This document shows positions 11,350 through 25,866 of a DNA stretch of 64,000 nucleotides, piece after piece. The translations under genes were made by a program, and so were the position numbers. This stretch comes from Tubulanus polymorphus (taxonomy: Eukaryota; Animalia; Nemertea), in the NCBI RefSeq assembly GCF_964204645.1, contig NC_134036.1, forward strand, positions 7,726,812 through 7,790,811. Direction: 5' to 3'. The notes under the pieces are model-generated. The model was not told the DNA's origin, made no database searches, and was given only the letters and a program-made list of their open reading frames with translations. Every line of letters begins with the position of its first letter. The stretch's first letter is position 1.

Positions 11350-14300
11350 TTGAATAGGATTTATCTAATTATCAGCATATCCACTATTTACAGATTCTAC
11401 ATTTTGAACTGTAGCCAAAGATCTCCATTCCCAAATAGGGTGGTTTCTTAAGAGGTAAATCTGCTTAACTGGAAAGCAAACATATCGATATTTTATTTCC
11501 CTTTCTATTTTCATGATGTGGAAAGAGTTTTCAACCGACATAAGAAGCCAATGAGTATAATCTTAATTGTCGAATCGCGTTAAGACTAATCAAAGCAATA
11601 GTATTTCGACCTATTGCCTAAATCTTTGAAATATGGCCAAGTTGATATCAAACTCTGGGTAGTTGATATCAAACTCTTTTTGAAGCCAACTTTCCTTTTC
11701 AAAATTTGTGGCCAGAATTTCAAAATCCCCGACTACGGGTCTGTTATGAAAGTATTCAGACCAGGAGCACATCCAGATACGTACAATACCAGTCATCGCG
11801 TTATATTGAAATGGTTGACGCCGGTACTAAACTATTTGATATGACAATTTATGGCAACGTGTGACTTTCAAAAACATTGCCACCGTAAAGTTCCGTATGC
11901 TTAGGTAACATTTCAAAATTGCTATAGTAAATACACGTTCACTAAGGAGCAAAATAGTATCGAATGGTTAGATTTTATTTTCATCCCACTTAAATCGAAA
12001 TTTAAAGTAGGATATAAAGAGTTCAAATAATGTAAGAACCAAATCAAATTGAAATCGGCGGAAACTAACCGAAGAATATCATCAACGTATCGTCGCAAAA
12101 GCTTGGGTCTACTTTCAGTGTAAAATGAATAATTGTACTTTCAAATTGTTACAAAAATAAACGAGCCAAAACAGGGGTGATTGATCCCCATAGCCATATT
12201 GAAAGTCTGTTTTAAAAAATTAGAACCAAATAGAAAATAGGAGAATTTTGTACAAAGTTCGATTAAATCCAATAGACAATCACTATCTGCGATTTCTACG
12301 GTATCCCTTGTGTTTTTATCAAAATGAAAATCAGAAGTAGCTAACTTTCTCCTAAGAAAATCGATAGAAGGTTTAAAAGTAACATTAGTGAATAAGCTCG
12401 CAACGTCAAAATATATAAATAATTTATCATGCCCAGGAATAACATTTTTAGACATTCTAATAAACCCTGATTATCATCAATATATCCACTATTTACAGAT
12501 TTTGAACTGCAGCCAAATATGCCCATTCCCAAATAGGATTGTTTCCAAAACAGGTTTGCCTGCTTATCTGAATGCAAATATCGAACCTACCAAAATGATT
12601 TCGATATTTCATTCCCCATTCATGATGCGGAAAGAGTTTACAACCGACATAAGATGCCAATGAGTTAATCTTAATTGTCGAATCGCGTTAAGACTTATCA
12701 ATTAGCAATAGTATTTCGACCTATTGCCCAAATCTTTGAAATATGGCCCAGTTGTTATCAGACTCAGGGTAGTTGATATCAAACATTTTTTGTAGCCAAC
12801 TTTCCTTTTCAAAGTTTCAAAATCCCGGCTACGGCTCTGTTATGAAAGTATCGAGACCGAGGGCACATCCAGATACGTGCTATACCAGTTATCGCGTTAT
12901 ATTGAAACGGTTGACGCCGGTACTAAACTATTTGAAATGACAATTTATACACGTTCACTAAGGAACAAGATAGTATCAAATGGTTAGATTTTATTTTCAT
13001 CCCACTTCAAGCGAAATTTAGAGTAGGATATATAAAGAGTTCAAATAATGTAAGAACCCAATCAAATTGAAATCGGCGGAAACTAACCGAAGAATATCAT
13101 CAACGTAACGTCGCAGAAGTTTGGGTCTACTTTCAGTGTAAAGAAGAAGAGCTGCGCTTTCAACGTGTTCCAAAAAACCCCAGCCAAAACAGGGGTGATT
13201 GTATTCCCCATAGCCATACTAAAAGTCTGTTTAAAAAAAAAATTAGAACCAAATAGAAAATATGAGTTTTTTGTACAAAGTTCGATTAAATCCAAGAGAC
13301 AATCACTATCTGCGATTTCTACGGTATTCCTTGTGGTTTTATCAAAATGAAAATCAGAAGTAGCTAACTTTCTCCTAAGAAAATCCATAGAAGGTTTAAA
13401 AGTAACATTAGTGAATAAGCTCGCAACATTAAAATATATAAATAATTTATCATGCCCATTTTAGCCATTCTAATAAAACCTGATTATTATCAATATATCC
13501 ACTATTTACTGATTTTGAATTACAGCCAAAGATGTCCATTCCCAAATAGGATGGTTTCCAAAACAGGTAAGCCTGCTTATCTGAAGGCAAACATATCGAA
13601 CCTACCAAAATGATTTCGATATTTCATTCTCCTTTCTATCTTTATGATGCGGAGAGAGTTTACAACCGACATAAGAAGCCAATGAGTTTAATTTTAATTG
13701 TCGAATTGCGTTAAGACTAATCAAAGCAATAGTATTTCGACCTATTGCCTAAGTCTTTGAAATATGGTCCAGTTGTTATCAGACTCGGGGAAGTTAATAT
13801 CAAACTCTTTTTGTAGCCAACTTTCCTTTTCAAAATTTAAAAATCCCCGGCTACGGGTTCGTCATGAAAGTATTGAGACCGAGGGCACATCCAGATACGG
13901 GCTATACCAGTCATCGCGTTATATTGAAATTGTTGACGCCGGTACTAAACTATTTGAAATGAAAATTTATGGCGACGTGTGACTTTCAAAAACATTGTCA
14001 CTGTAAAGTTCGGTATGCTTAGGTAACATTTAAAAATTGCTATAGCAAATACAGGTTCACTAATGAGCAAAATAGTATCAAATGGTTAGATTTTATTTTC
14101 ATCCCACTTAAATCGAAATTTAATAGAGTAGGATATATAAAGAGTTCAAATAATGTAAGAACCTAATCAAATTGAAATCGGCGGAAACTAACAGTAACAT
14201 TTTTAGACATTCTAATAAACCCTGATTATCATCAATGTATCCACTATTTACAGATTTTGAACTGCAGCCAAAGATGTCCATTCCAAATTGGATGGTTTCC

Positions 14301-14790
14301 AAAACAGGTAAGCCAGCTTATCTGAAGGCAAACATCGAACCTACCAAAATGATTTCGATATTTCATTCCCATTTATATCCTCATGATGCGGAAAGAGCTT
14401 ACAACCGACATAAGATGCCAATGAGTTTAATCTTAATGGTCGAATCGCGTTTAGACTAATCAAAGCAATAGTATTTCGACCTATTGCCTAAATCTTTGAA
14501 ATATGGCCCAGTTGTTATCAGGCTCTGGGAAGTTGATATCAAACTCTTTTTTAGCCAACTTTCCTTTTCAAAATTTCAAAATCCCCGGCTACGGGTCTGT
14601 TATGAAAGTATTGAGACCAAGAGCATATCCAGATACGTGCTATACCAGTCATCGCGTGATATTGAAATGGTTGACGATGGTACTAAACTATTTGAAATTA
14701 AAATTCATTGCATCGTGTGACTTTCAATAACATTGCCACCGTAAGTCTTGGATGCTTAAGAAGCATCTCTTTAATTTTTCGACGATCTCT
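11350..14790 (-). repeat. Tandem array of degenerate Penelope-like RT-derived units (~0.7-1.15 kb)
   Basis: Repeated units with FDVASLFTNV, AMG...PVLA and RYVDD remnants; 3-4 copies. Confidence 0.75.
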
Positions 14791-14859
14791 GTTTTTCTCA
14801 TCGCATGATTTCTTTTTTAATCAGATATCAGTTTTCGGTTCATTCAAGCTCAACACGTT

Positions 14860-15345
14860 CTAACCTGCCCCAATTCACATCGGCCCTACAATGCCTACCG
14901 ACATTTACACTGCCTATTGCAATACACCTATCAAACATTGTACTAAGCATACCCTTCCAAGAACTAAACCCATCCCAAACCCAACCACAACCCGACAACC
15001 CTACCCCACCCAGAGACCTTACCCTATCACATCCTGTCCTACCCTATCCTATTACCATACCCCACCTCATCCTCCTACCCGAACCCTACCACCGTCACTT
15101 CTGTAATGCCTTAAAACCAGCCTTTCTATCTCATCGCAGACCTACCGAACTACACTACCCTATCCTACCACATGCACCACTCACCCCGTGATCAGTTCTA
15201 CCAAACTCACCATCCAACCCAACCACACCAACGCATCCTGCACCATCCAACTCGACCTAACCTTATCACATTGTCCTATTCTACCCTACGTGTGAGCTCC
15301 TCTGTACCCTTCCCTATTCCAAACCACTCCTAATCCACACTACAA
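14860..15345. repeat. C/A-rich low-complexity tract
   Basis: Degenerate (CCTAC)-like repeats. Confidence 0.6.
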
Positions 15346-16103
15346 TCAGAGAGGTAGAAATGCCACGATGTCGCGGTTTAAATGGATGGGAATGATTCTT
15401 ATCGCTAATGAAGATGAGAGAATAAACATTCTTCCAAATGAGGAGGAATAAATGAAATGACTGTGTACACAATCAGTGTTACATGTACATCAGTCACAAC
15501 TTAGTTAGACTGAAACAATGAGTGAATCTTCTACATTAACAATCTTACACATATCAGACTGCATTCAAAATACTTTACAGCTCCTAGTGATAAACTCTAT
15601 CTTTTTTACTAAGCGATTCATTTTTCCTCCGTTGCTCCTCTGTCGCTCATATTGCTCTTGCAGCTCAAGTTTGTGAATCTATGTACAAGTTTGTGAATCT
15701 ATGTACCGGCACTGCACATCGATGAGCTCTGTAGAATTAACCTTTGCTGGAAGAAATCAAGGTTTTAAAAGACCAAACAAACTAGTCTTTTTTCGAAGTC
15801 GAACGAAGCGCTTTTTATTTTTTACTGAAAATGTTTACAAAAAGCGCTGTAATGACTATCGAAATAGAAATTAAGAATTATATGAACCACTGTTTGGGAT
15901 GTCTGGAGCTCCTGGTGGTATCACGTCGCCGTGGAACTTAATCCCGGTACCGAAGAGTTTGCCGATATTTTCTCTAGTTTCTAGCTCGGGAAAATGAAGC
16001 TCTGAAAAAACCTTGACAGTTTCCGGTTCTGTATTTTCAGCTTAGGGGTGAATAATTATATTTAAACTTACTTGTCTTTAAACTTTTGATACCGTTTCAT
16101 ATT

Positions 16104-16250
16104 GTGCTGCTGCTGTTGCTGCTCCTATGTTGACGGATGCTGCCTCTCCTATGTTGATGGATGCTGCTGCTCCTATGTTGACGGTTGCTGCTGCTCCTGT
16201 TTTGACGGATACTGCCTCTCCTATGTTGATGGATGCTGCTGCTGCTGCTA
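16104..16250 (+). repeat. 21-bp minisatellite (GCTGCTCCTATGTTGACGGAT-like)
   Basis: About 5 copies; shorter inverted copy at ~53115-53185. Confidence 0.8.
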
Positions 16251-19200
16251 TACTACTTGTAGATCCTGCTACACACGATGAATACCCCAGCGAAACGATA
16301 TCAGAAAACTCAATTCATTCTTTCACTTTTATTCATCGTTGAAAGATTCTAATTCATTTTTATATAAAATGAACACTTACTCAACCATTCAGATTAAATA
16401 AAGATCCCATGTTTTAATGTTGACTATTCAATCGATTTTGTTTCCAGTGTGCTATCAATCTAAAACAGATTGAGAAAACAGAAGGAAATTATTCTAAAAA
16501 AAGAAATCTTCACACTTAGGAGAAACTAACAACAATGAATATGTTGAATACTCACCGTTATATTCTAAAAGTTTTCGAAAATCTGATTCTGACTTGTCGA
16601 GATATCTATCACTAGGGCGTTTTGGGTATCTACAAACGAAAACTAAAGATTTAAGGTTTCCGAACGAAAATGTCAACTATAAGAATGAAATAAATTGAAC
16701 TTGAGAAATTAAACTAGGACTGAATAAAAGATTTGAATACAAAATTAATTCAGTTTTTGAAGAATGGTACTATACACCTACAACAAAATCTAACTACAAA
16801 ATCTTTGAAATGAAAGATAGTTCACGAATCCACTGATTTAAATACATTTCATGATCGTTAATCTTAATTATAATCTAAAGCTTACCAGATATGTTGGGAT
16901 TTTCTGACTTGGCTTTGGTGGGTAATCATATATCAATACAGGCTCTTTCTTCACTGGTGTACGTGCGCTATACGTGGTGGCTGGTTCTCGAATGAAGCTC
17001 TAACCAAGCGTTACCACAATACGATTTGGGCGGCGACTATTGTGTGGAAATTCGATCATACCGTAACCCAAAATTGGCACAATGAATTAGGTGTACTAAA
17101 ATATTCTAACTCTACTACTAAACTGTCTGCTTCATTTTTTATGGTGCATGCGGGTTTAATACACCAACTTCAGCGGGTTTAGAACGCGGCTACAAGACCG
17201 AAACAAGAGGCAGGAATATTCACATCACTCCTGTTTTAACTAATAGATACATGTATTCTAAAATAAAACGATGTAATTAGTTACTATATGCACCGGCACG
17301 AAAATTGACGGCCATCGGATCAATGTCTCCTTAATGGCAAATGTTATCGTTCAAAAATTTGATAATTTCAAATCATTTGTTTTGCTAAGTATTTTTAGTA
17401 AAGTCGATTCGTTTTTTTAATTGGGGACATTTGACAAGGAGGACTGAGTATGAATAAAATAAAATGTTGAAAAGTAGGAAATATTAACATAAAAACTGAA
17501 GTCATCCTCAATCCTCCTTGTGAAACATACCCCAGTAACAAACGACCGAGCCATTTTGAAAATACTTGATAACACAAAACATGGCCGAAGCCGAGAGATC
17601 AAAACAGAAGAAAGAAAATGATAAAAATTCGCCAAAAATATTCACATAAAAACTGAACTCATCCTCAATCCTCCTTGTAAACACCCCCGGTATGTGCTAT
17701 TTTCAGTTAAACAATAAATATTATTTTTCACCGAAACAGGTAAATTAAATCAATTTGGGCTTTGGTTTATTCTAGACTTGTCAAAGTGTTGAGACCAAAT
17801 GTTCTGTTTCTAAGACTCGTAGTTCATAGTTTTCCCCACATACATAACACCAGATCTCGATACAGCCCAGACACTATCTTATGCATCTTTCCACGGACAA
17901 ATTCATAAAAACCATCACATGAATATACTGATAGATATACATTCTGCCAAGTACAGTGCCTCCATCTTTATAAATGTATCGATATATTATTTGTAAAAAA
18001 CCTATACACCAACGATAAGGTTTAATTGACATACTTTTACAAGTAAAACCAGCCTACTTGTTTATAGGGCCCTTCAGAAAATTTCACATATTACATAAAA
18101 TATTGAATTAACCTTGCTTTTACATACTTAAAAAATCGTTTAAATAATAACTGACTAATATACATCTTAATTATCAGCCAAAAGATATTCATAAGTGACT
18201 TCACTCATTTATTTCGTCAAATATTGTGAATATTAAAGCAATCGTGTTTGGTCTTTCGGTATCATACATTGTAATTTACATGTACATCAACGTAACTTAA
18301 GATTGATGTGTTCAGTGGCGGCTAGGACCTTCTTAGTGACAGTCGAAACTGCAGCTTTCCCTCGTCCTCTATCTTCTTCAACACTGTACTGACAATATTC
18401 GTAGGCCTACTGTCGTCCAATGCCTCCTATGTGTGATGTCCTGTAAAAATCAAATTTACCTATAGAGTTGCGATGCATATCTTTGAAAAAAATCATTTCA
18501 GGATGATACGTACTATTTCGGATTTTGGATACTTCTCGACTGGTATGTAGCTTTAACCAGGCGCTTAATCGCTGATGTGTGCTTTATTCGTCCTTTTATT
18601 CAGTGGCTGCTATGTGGGCTGGCCTGTAGAATACAAAACTATCTATATAAATACAATCTACTCAATTGGATTTGAAAAAATAATTAGATGAAAAAAACAT
18701 ACCTTTTCTTTCAACATCTCCCTCTTTGTAGTTAGTATGTCGATTCATTCAAGTGTTGAATCGATGCCGTGTGTTTGGCTAGATTCGTCATCAGTGCCAA
18801 TACTCGTACTGCTGCCAATGCATCTGATGTGTGATGGCCTGCAAAAATCAATATCATCAATAGATTTACAATTTATAAATGCAAGTCTTTGAAAATAATC
18901 ATTTCAGGATAATACCTACCACTTTGGAATTCATGACTGATATGGGGCTTACCAGGCACTTTATCGCTGTTGTGTTTTTCATTCGCACTGTTGTTCAGTG
19001 GCTGCTATGTGGGTTGGCCTGTAGAATACAAAACTATCTATAGAAATGCTATCTACTTAATAGGATTTGAAAAACTAATTGGATGTAGAAACACGTACTT
19101 TTCGTTGCATCCCTAATTTTAGCAAGTATGTTGATTCATTCAGGTGCTGAATCGATGCCGTTTGCTAGGATAATACGTACTTCTTCGGAATTGGGATACT

Positions 19201-19254
19201 TCATGGCTGATATGGAGATCGAACACTCGAATTTATTTTCCGATCATTCAGTGA

Positions 19255-22200
19255 AAAAAAATATTATGAACAACATTTAAAATCTAAAAGTCATATTACA
19301 AATATCAATAATGATATTTCAGGTAAAGAATATTTTGATAAAGATAATGATAAGAAACAGAAGACAATTAAAAGAATAAAAAATAAATTAAACAATAAAA
19401 GACCATACATATATATTAATTCATTAGATAATAAAAAAGAAATAGAAATAACCGAGGCATTCAAAAGTGATATTGGACCAGCTGCCATTGAGTTTGAATT
19501 TCATAAAAGCAAACATTAGATGAAAATAAAAAGCTAAGTTCTAAGTTTTTAGAAAATATGAAAAATGTTATAAAAATAATTACTGAAGTTGAATACCCTG
19601 AAGTTCGTATATCTTCTTAAGTTAAATTTTTAAAATCTGAATATATAATATAAATTCCCTTTCACAACATATCATTTCAAAACAGCGTATAGATGATAGA
19701 TTAGATCAATGTTATAATGAAATAAAAAGTAAAATAGAAGAGAAATAATTTGAAGGATCGGGTTTAATATTTGATGAAATAATATTTATGACTTTACATG
19801 TTTATAACACAAAATATAATAAGTTAACTAAATCAAAACCAATTGATGAAAATAATTTATCATATTATAAAGATGATAATATAAATGGATCAAGTTATAT
19901 CAAATTACCATTTAAAACTAATGCTGTAATAAATGTACAAAATGTTTTCTATGGACAATTATACGTTGCTTACACCCAGTTGAAGATTATAAACGACATA
20001 GTTTTACATTAACACATTATAAACCATTTGAAAATAATTATAATATAGACAAGTATCCTGTTAGATTTAGAAATATCCCAAAAATAGAATGAGATAATGA
20101 TTTAAAGATAGATGTTATTCATTTAATCAAATTACCAAAAACAAAAGGTAACAATATTAAACATTTTACATTAGAACCTTTGTATTTATCAAATGATTAT
20201 GATTCAAATGATGTTATAGATATATTATATTATGAGAATCATTATATGTGGATAAAACGTATTGATTTATTTTTCAAATCAGAAAATGATTTTGATATTA
20301 AAATATATCTATGTAGAAAATGTATAACTAAATTCAGAACTGAAAGTGCATTATTAAATCATAAGCAATTATATAAAAATTATTGTAAAATAGTTTTACC
20401 AAATGAAAATGATAAAATATTAGAATTCAAAAAATATGATTACAAGAATAAAGTGCCATTTGTAATATATGGTGACTGAGTCACTCAATAAAGAAATAAC
20501 TGATCAAGATAGGAAAGAAATATATTATAAAAGAAAGAAATCAAATTCTGAAAATGATATAATTGATTATTCAGATTCTCAAATAACAAATACAATTAAA
20601 AAGATTCATCAAAGTGCTGCAGCTATTGGATTATATATAAAATCTGATTATCCATAACTAATTGAAAGTGAATATTATCATTATAGAAATGAAAATGATA
20701 CAAATAAAGAAATAATTATGACAGAAGAAGATAAAGAAGAATTTGTGTTTGCAGATAAATGTTATTATTGTGAAAAGATATTTGATTTTAAAGATAAAAA
20801 AGTTAGGGATCATGATCATTTGAATGGAAAGTTTAGAGGCGCAGCGCATGAGAATTGTAACTTACAAGCTATGAAAATCAATTTTGTTCCAGTAATATTT
20901 CATAATTTATCAGGATATGATGCACATTTATTTATAAGACAGTTGTGTCATAAAATAAAAGAAATCAATAATGAAATAGAAAGATTAAATTCAAATAGAT
21001 CAAAAGATAAAATAACAACTTATCTAGCTAAAACATCTGAGAATTATATATCTTGGGTATCTAAGATTTATAGACTCATATAGATTTTTAAGTACTTCAT
21101 TAGATAATTCATCAAAAACATTAGTTGATGATGAATTTAAAATATTAAAGCAACACTATCCAAACAATGATCATTTTCAATTAATGAGATATAAAGGCGC
21201 AATTCCATATTGATTTATAAATTGCATAAGGATTTTAATATAACTGAATTATTAAAAGAACAATTCTATGATGAATTCAAAAATGAATATGTGAAAGATG
21301 AAGTCTATAATAGAACATTGAATATTTGGAATCATTTTGGAATGGAAAATCATGGACAATTAGTAGATTTATATTTAAAATCAGATGTATTATTAACTGA
21401 TATATTTGAAAGGTTTAGAGATGTAAATCAAAAATATGTTAATATTGACCCATGTCATTGTCATTCTAGTCAAGGTTTAACTTGGGATCGTGGTTTAAGA
21501 TTTACGGATATAAAAATGGATTTGTTAACAAATTTAGACCAATTATTGTTATTCGAAAAATCTATAAGATGAGGTGTTTCAGGTGTATTAGGTGATATAT
21601 ATTTCAATGTAAATGATAACCCTGGATATAATCTATTATATATAGATGCAAATAGTATATATGGTTGGGCAATGATGGAACCTCAGCGTTATGGAGTATT
21701 TGAAATAACTGAAATTTTACAGTATGAAAATAATGATAAATTTGATTGGAAGAAAATAATTCTAGATATTTCGGATGATTCAGAGACTGGTTACTTTTTG
21801 TTGTAGATTTCGAATATCCTGAAAACATTAAATTTAAATCTATAAATCTAGCATACTGTCCCGAACATAAAACTGTAACGCATGAAGAATTATCAAATTA
21901 TCAAAACAGAATTAAACCCGATAATCATATTCGTACAGAAAAGTTAATGGTAACTCAGGAAGATAAATGTAATTATGTAGTACATTATAGAATGTTAAAA
22001 TGCTATTTGAATCAAGGAATGATCCTAAAAAAGTACATAGATATATTTCATTCAGTCAATCTAAATGGTTAGAGAAATATATAGATTTTAACACCAAACA
22101 GAGAACTAAAGCTAAAACTGATTTTGAGAATGATTTCTTCAAGTTAATGAATAATGCATTCTATGGAAAAACTTGTGAAAACATCAGAAATAGAAATGAT

Positions 22201-22862
22201 ATTGAGTTAGTCAGTAATGGCAAAAGAATTAGACATTTACAAACATATCCTAAGTTCATCGGTAACAGAATATTTGATGAAAATTTAGCTGCAGTTGAAA
22301 GGAGAACTTCTATGAAATTTAATAAACCAATTCATGTTGGAGCAACAGTTTTAGAAATATCATAGTTATTAATGTATGAATTTTACTATGACGTATTACA
22401 ACCTCATTTTGGAGAAAAGCATATAGAAATCTTATATTTTGACACTGACAGTTACATATTAAAGATAAAAACTAATAACATAACAGATGATTTAAAAACA
22501 TAAAAACATCATTTTGATTTTAGTAATTATCCTAAAGATCATGAATTGTTTAACAATGATAATAAAAAGGTGCCCGGTAAATTCAAAGATGAATTAGGAG
22601 GTGAAGAAATATAAAACTAAAACTCATGAATCAAAGAAATTGAAAGGAATAACCAAAAGCGTTGTTGAAAGAAAATATTCATTTCGAAGATTACATCAAT
22701 TGTATATTCAATGAAGAAGTTGGAAAACATAAGATGAAATGTTTAGGATCCGAAGATCATGAAATGTTTATTGAAGAGATAGAGAAGATAAGTTTAAACC
22801 CATTCGATGATAAAAGATATATTTTAGATGATGGTATACACACAGTTATGGTTGTAATATAG
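19255..22862 (+). pseudogene. polB: Intein-less pPolB pseudogene (element B)
   Basis: ORF fragments match pPolB; motif C is uninterrupted TAT TTT GAC ACT GAC AGT (YFDTDS) at 22435-22452. Confidence 0.92.
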
Positions 22863-22959
22863 AAGAATGCTTAAAATTAATAAGAGAAGAAAGAAAAGAG
22901 AATTAGATTATGAAAAGGATTCCAGCACGTTAATCAATTAAAAAAAAAAAATATTATAA

Positions 22960-23735
22960 ATGGAGAGTAAACAGTCACAAACTAACAATATTCACCATAA
23001 AAAATGTTCAAAATGTGAATTGAATAAGCCATTTACAGAATATTACACAAAAAAAACTAAGAAAGATGGTTTAAGAAACAATCGTAAAAGATGTTGGAAA
23101 CAGAAGAATAAACTGTATAATAAACAATGTTATATAGATAATATTGAAAAATATAAAGATAGAAGTAAACAATATTATCTAAATAATCTAGAAAAATGTA
23201 AAGAAACGAAAAAACAATGGAGAGAAAATAATCCAGAATATATTAGAGATTGGAAAAAAGATAATCGTGAACATTATGATGATTACAGTTATAATTATCA
23301 AAAAGAAAGGCGTCAAACAGATCTTAATTTTAAAATGAAACAATGTTTGAGAAATAGATCATCAAAATTATTCAGTAAAGAAACGCATTTAGAAACGCTA
23401 AAAAAATTCCTTGGATTGTTCGGATGAATTTCTCAAATCATGGATCATATATCAGTTCGATGATGAAATGAATAAAGATAATTATGGAAATTATTTTCAT
23501 ATTGATCACGTGTTACCAATATCTAAATTTAACACGAGTGATGAATACAATAAAAAAACTAATTTGGAATTGGAATAATCTAAGACCCATTGAAAAGAAA
23601 GAAAATAAAATTAAGTCTAACAAACTTGATATGAAATTATATTTTGATCAATTAGATAAAGCAAAGAAATTCATCGAATTATGGAATAGTGATCCAAATA
23701 ATGAACAATATGTTGAATCTTTATTGAGTGGTTAA
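22960..23735 (+). pseudogene. Free-standing HNH-type endonuclease, frameshifted
   Basis: N-terminal KKCSKC...DG motif, helical repeats, then NYG.YFHIDHVLP...WNNLRP...N..KSNK across frames. Confidence 0.75.
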
Positions 23736-23851
23736 AGATTAATATATCTCAAATCTTCAACTAGCTAGTATTTAAAATTCTTTTACTTCAAATGGCTAGT
23801 ATCATTTGAAGAATAAGTATATTATTTTTTCCGCTTTTTTTGCTAAAATAA

Positions 23852-24750
23852 ATGTCAAAGAAATCTAATAAGAATAATATTAATATTGAAAAGACAATTG
23901 AGGATTTAGGTATTACAGATACTAAAGATACAGTTGTTTCTAATTGTGCTCAAAATAAAAATAATATTGATTTCGAATTCTACTTATATTGTAAGCACCA
24001 TCTTGAGTTATTAATTGCTGGTGGAAAATCTAAGGATTTCTTGGGTAAAATTATAACTTATCAAGAATTAGATGCCATGAAACCAGACAAAGTAATCAAA
24101 CATTTAAAAATATATGAAGAAGCTAGATTAGCTAGACTAAATGACTCTATTAGTGATGGAATAGTTAAATGTTAATACCAATTGATGATGAAAATAAATT
24201 ATATAAAGATTTAAAAAAATTACTACTTAGTTATGACAGAACTGCAAAAATAGGTTGGGTACGCTTCATTTCAATTAGGTGGAATAATGACATTAATTTC
24301 TACTGGCGTGATAACATTTTCTCATATCAAACCTATAGTATGTAAATCAGATAATAATATCGAAACAGTACAAAAATTAACTAAAATAAATGAGTGATGA
24401 TGTTAAGAAGAAGCCTGAAAAACAAATTAAATGGGCTAGGGAATTAGGTAAAGATCTTCAGAATTAAAAAAGCTAAGAAAAAGAAATTAACTGATTTAAA
24501 CGAATCACAGAAATTATCAGATATTGATTCGAATGATAATCCATTTAATTCTTCTAATACTGGAAGAAATAATTACTTATATATTACAATTGGGTTAATT
24601 GCAGTTATTATATTCTCCGGCGTAATATATAAATATAAGTATAAATCTGATGATAACAATAATGATTCCGATGATAAACATGTTATACCTGAAAATAAGT
24701 CAAATGATAAAGTCATTGAAAATAAACCAAGATAATTATTAATGGATTAA
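23852..24750 (+). pseudogene. Homologues of the 201-aa and 131-aa genes (element B)
   Basis: YLYCKHHLELLIA.GK.K.F; KQIKWARELG plus transmembrane segment. Confidence 0.8.
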
Positions 24751-24751
24751 A

Positions 24752-25866
24752 ATGAGATGAAAAAAAGAACAATATTAAATAGATTTATATTATAACCCAG
24801 AGAGTGACGTATCATATTCTAGCGTAACAGAATTATGGGATATAATTAAATCTGATAAAGAAAATATAAAATATAGTGAACCGAGATTATTATAGTGAAC
24901 CGAGATTATGGTTACAAAATCAACCAACATATCAAATCCATAAGAAAATGGATAAGAATTATTTAACAAGAAAAGTTATGGTTTCATATATTGATCAACA
25001 ATGGCAAGCTGATTTAATTGATATGAAGAACTTAGAAGAATACAACAAAGGATATTTATATATTTGGAATTAAATGTTTATTAAATGTTATAGACATATT
25101 CAGTAGATACGCATGGTCAATTCCAATCAAAAATAAAACTGGTATAGAAGTTACTAATGCTTTCAATATTTAAAGAACCTATTCCAGATTAGATACAATT
25201 TGATGAAGGTAAAGAATTTTATAATAAACATTTTAAAAAATTATTATCTAATAACGATGTAGAATATTTTTCAACACACTCAAATAAAAAAGCATCTATT
25301 ATGGAATGATTCAATACAACATTGAAAACTAGAATGTGGAAATATTTCACTGCAAAAGAAACATAAATATATCGATGTGTTAGATGATTTAGTGAAATGT
25401 TATAATAATTCTTAACTTTTACGTATTGGTGTGAAACCTATACAAGCTAGAAAAGAAGATAATTCATGAATAGTTTGGAATAATTTATATGGTGCGTTTG
25501 TTACACACAATTTTGGAGAACCTAAATTTAAAATAGGACAAAATTGTTTGAATATCTAAATATCGAAAAACAATTTATAAAGGTTATACTCCAAATTTTA
25601 CTGAAGAAATATTTAAGATTAAAAAGATAATATTAACTAAAACGTTTGTTTATAAATTAGAAGATCTAAAAGATGAAAAAATATTAGGTTATTTTTATGA
25701 ACAAGAATTATCGCTTGTACCAAATCCAGATGATATAGAATATAAAATAGAGAAGGTATTGAAGAAAAAAAACTCTTAAAGGAAAAAAGTATTCTTTACA
25801 TAAATATAAAGGGTATGATGATAAATTTAATGAATGAATTTTATCTAGTAAAATTAAAAGAATAAA
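24752..25866 (+). pseudogene. int: rve integrase pseudogene (element B)
   Basis: QQWQADLIDM, QFDEGKEF and chromodomain remnants. Confidence 0.88.

Noticed and set aside
14805-15191. Pro-rich ORF, and Ala-rich ORF at 16127-16342
   Set aside because: Products of low-complexity or minisatellite DNA.
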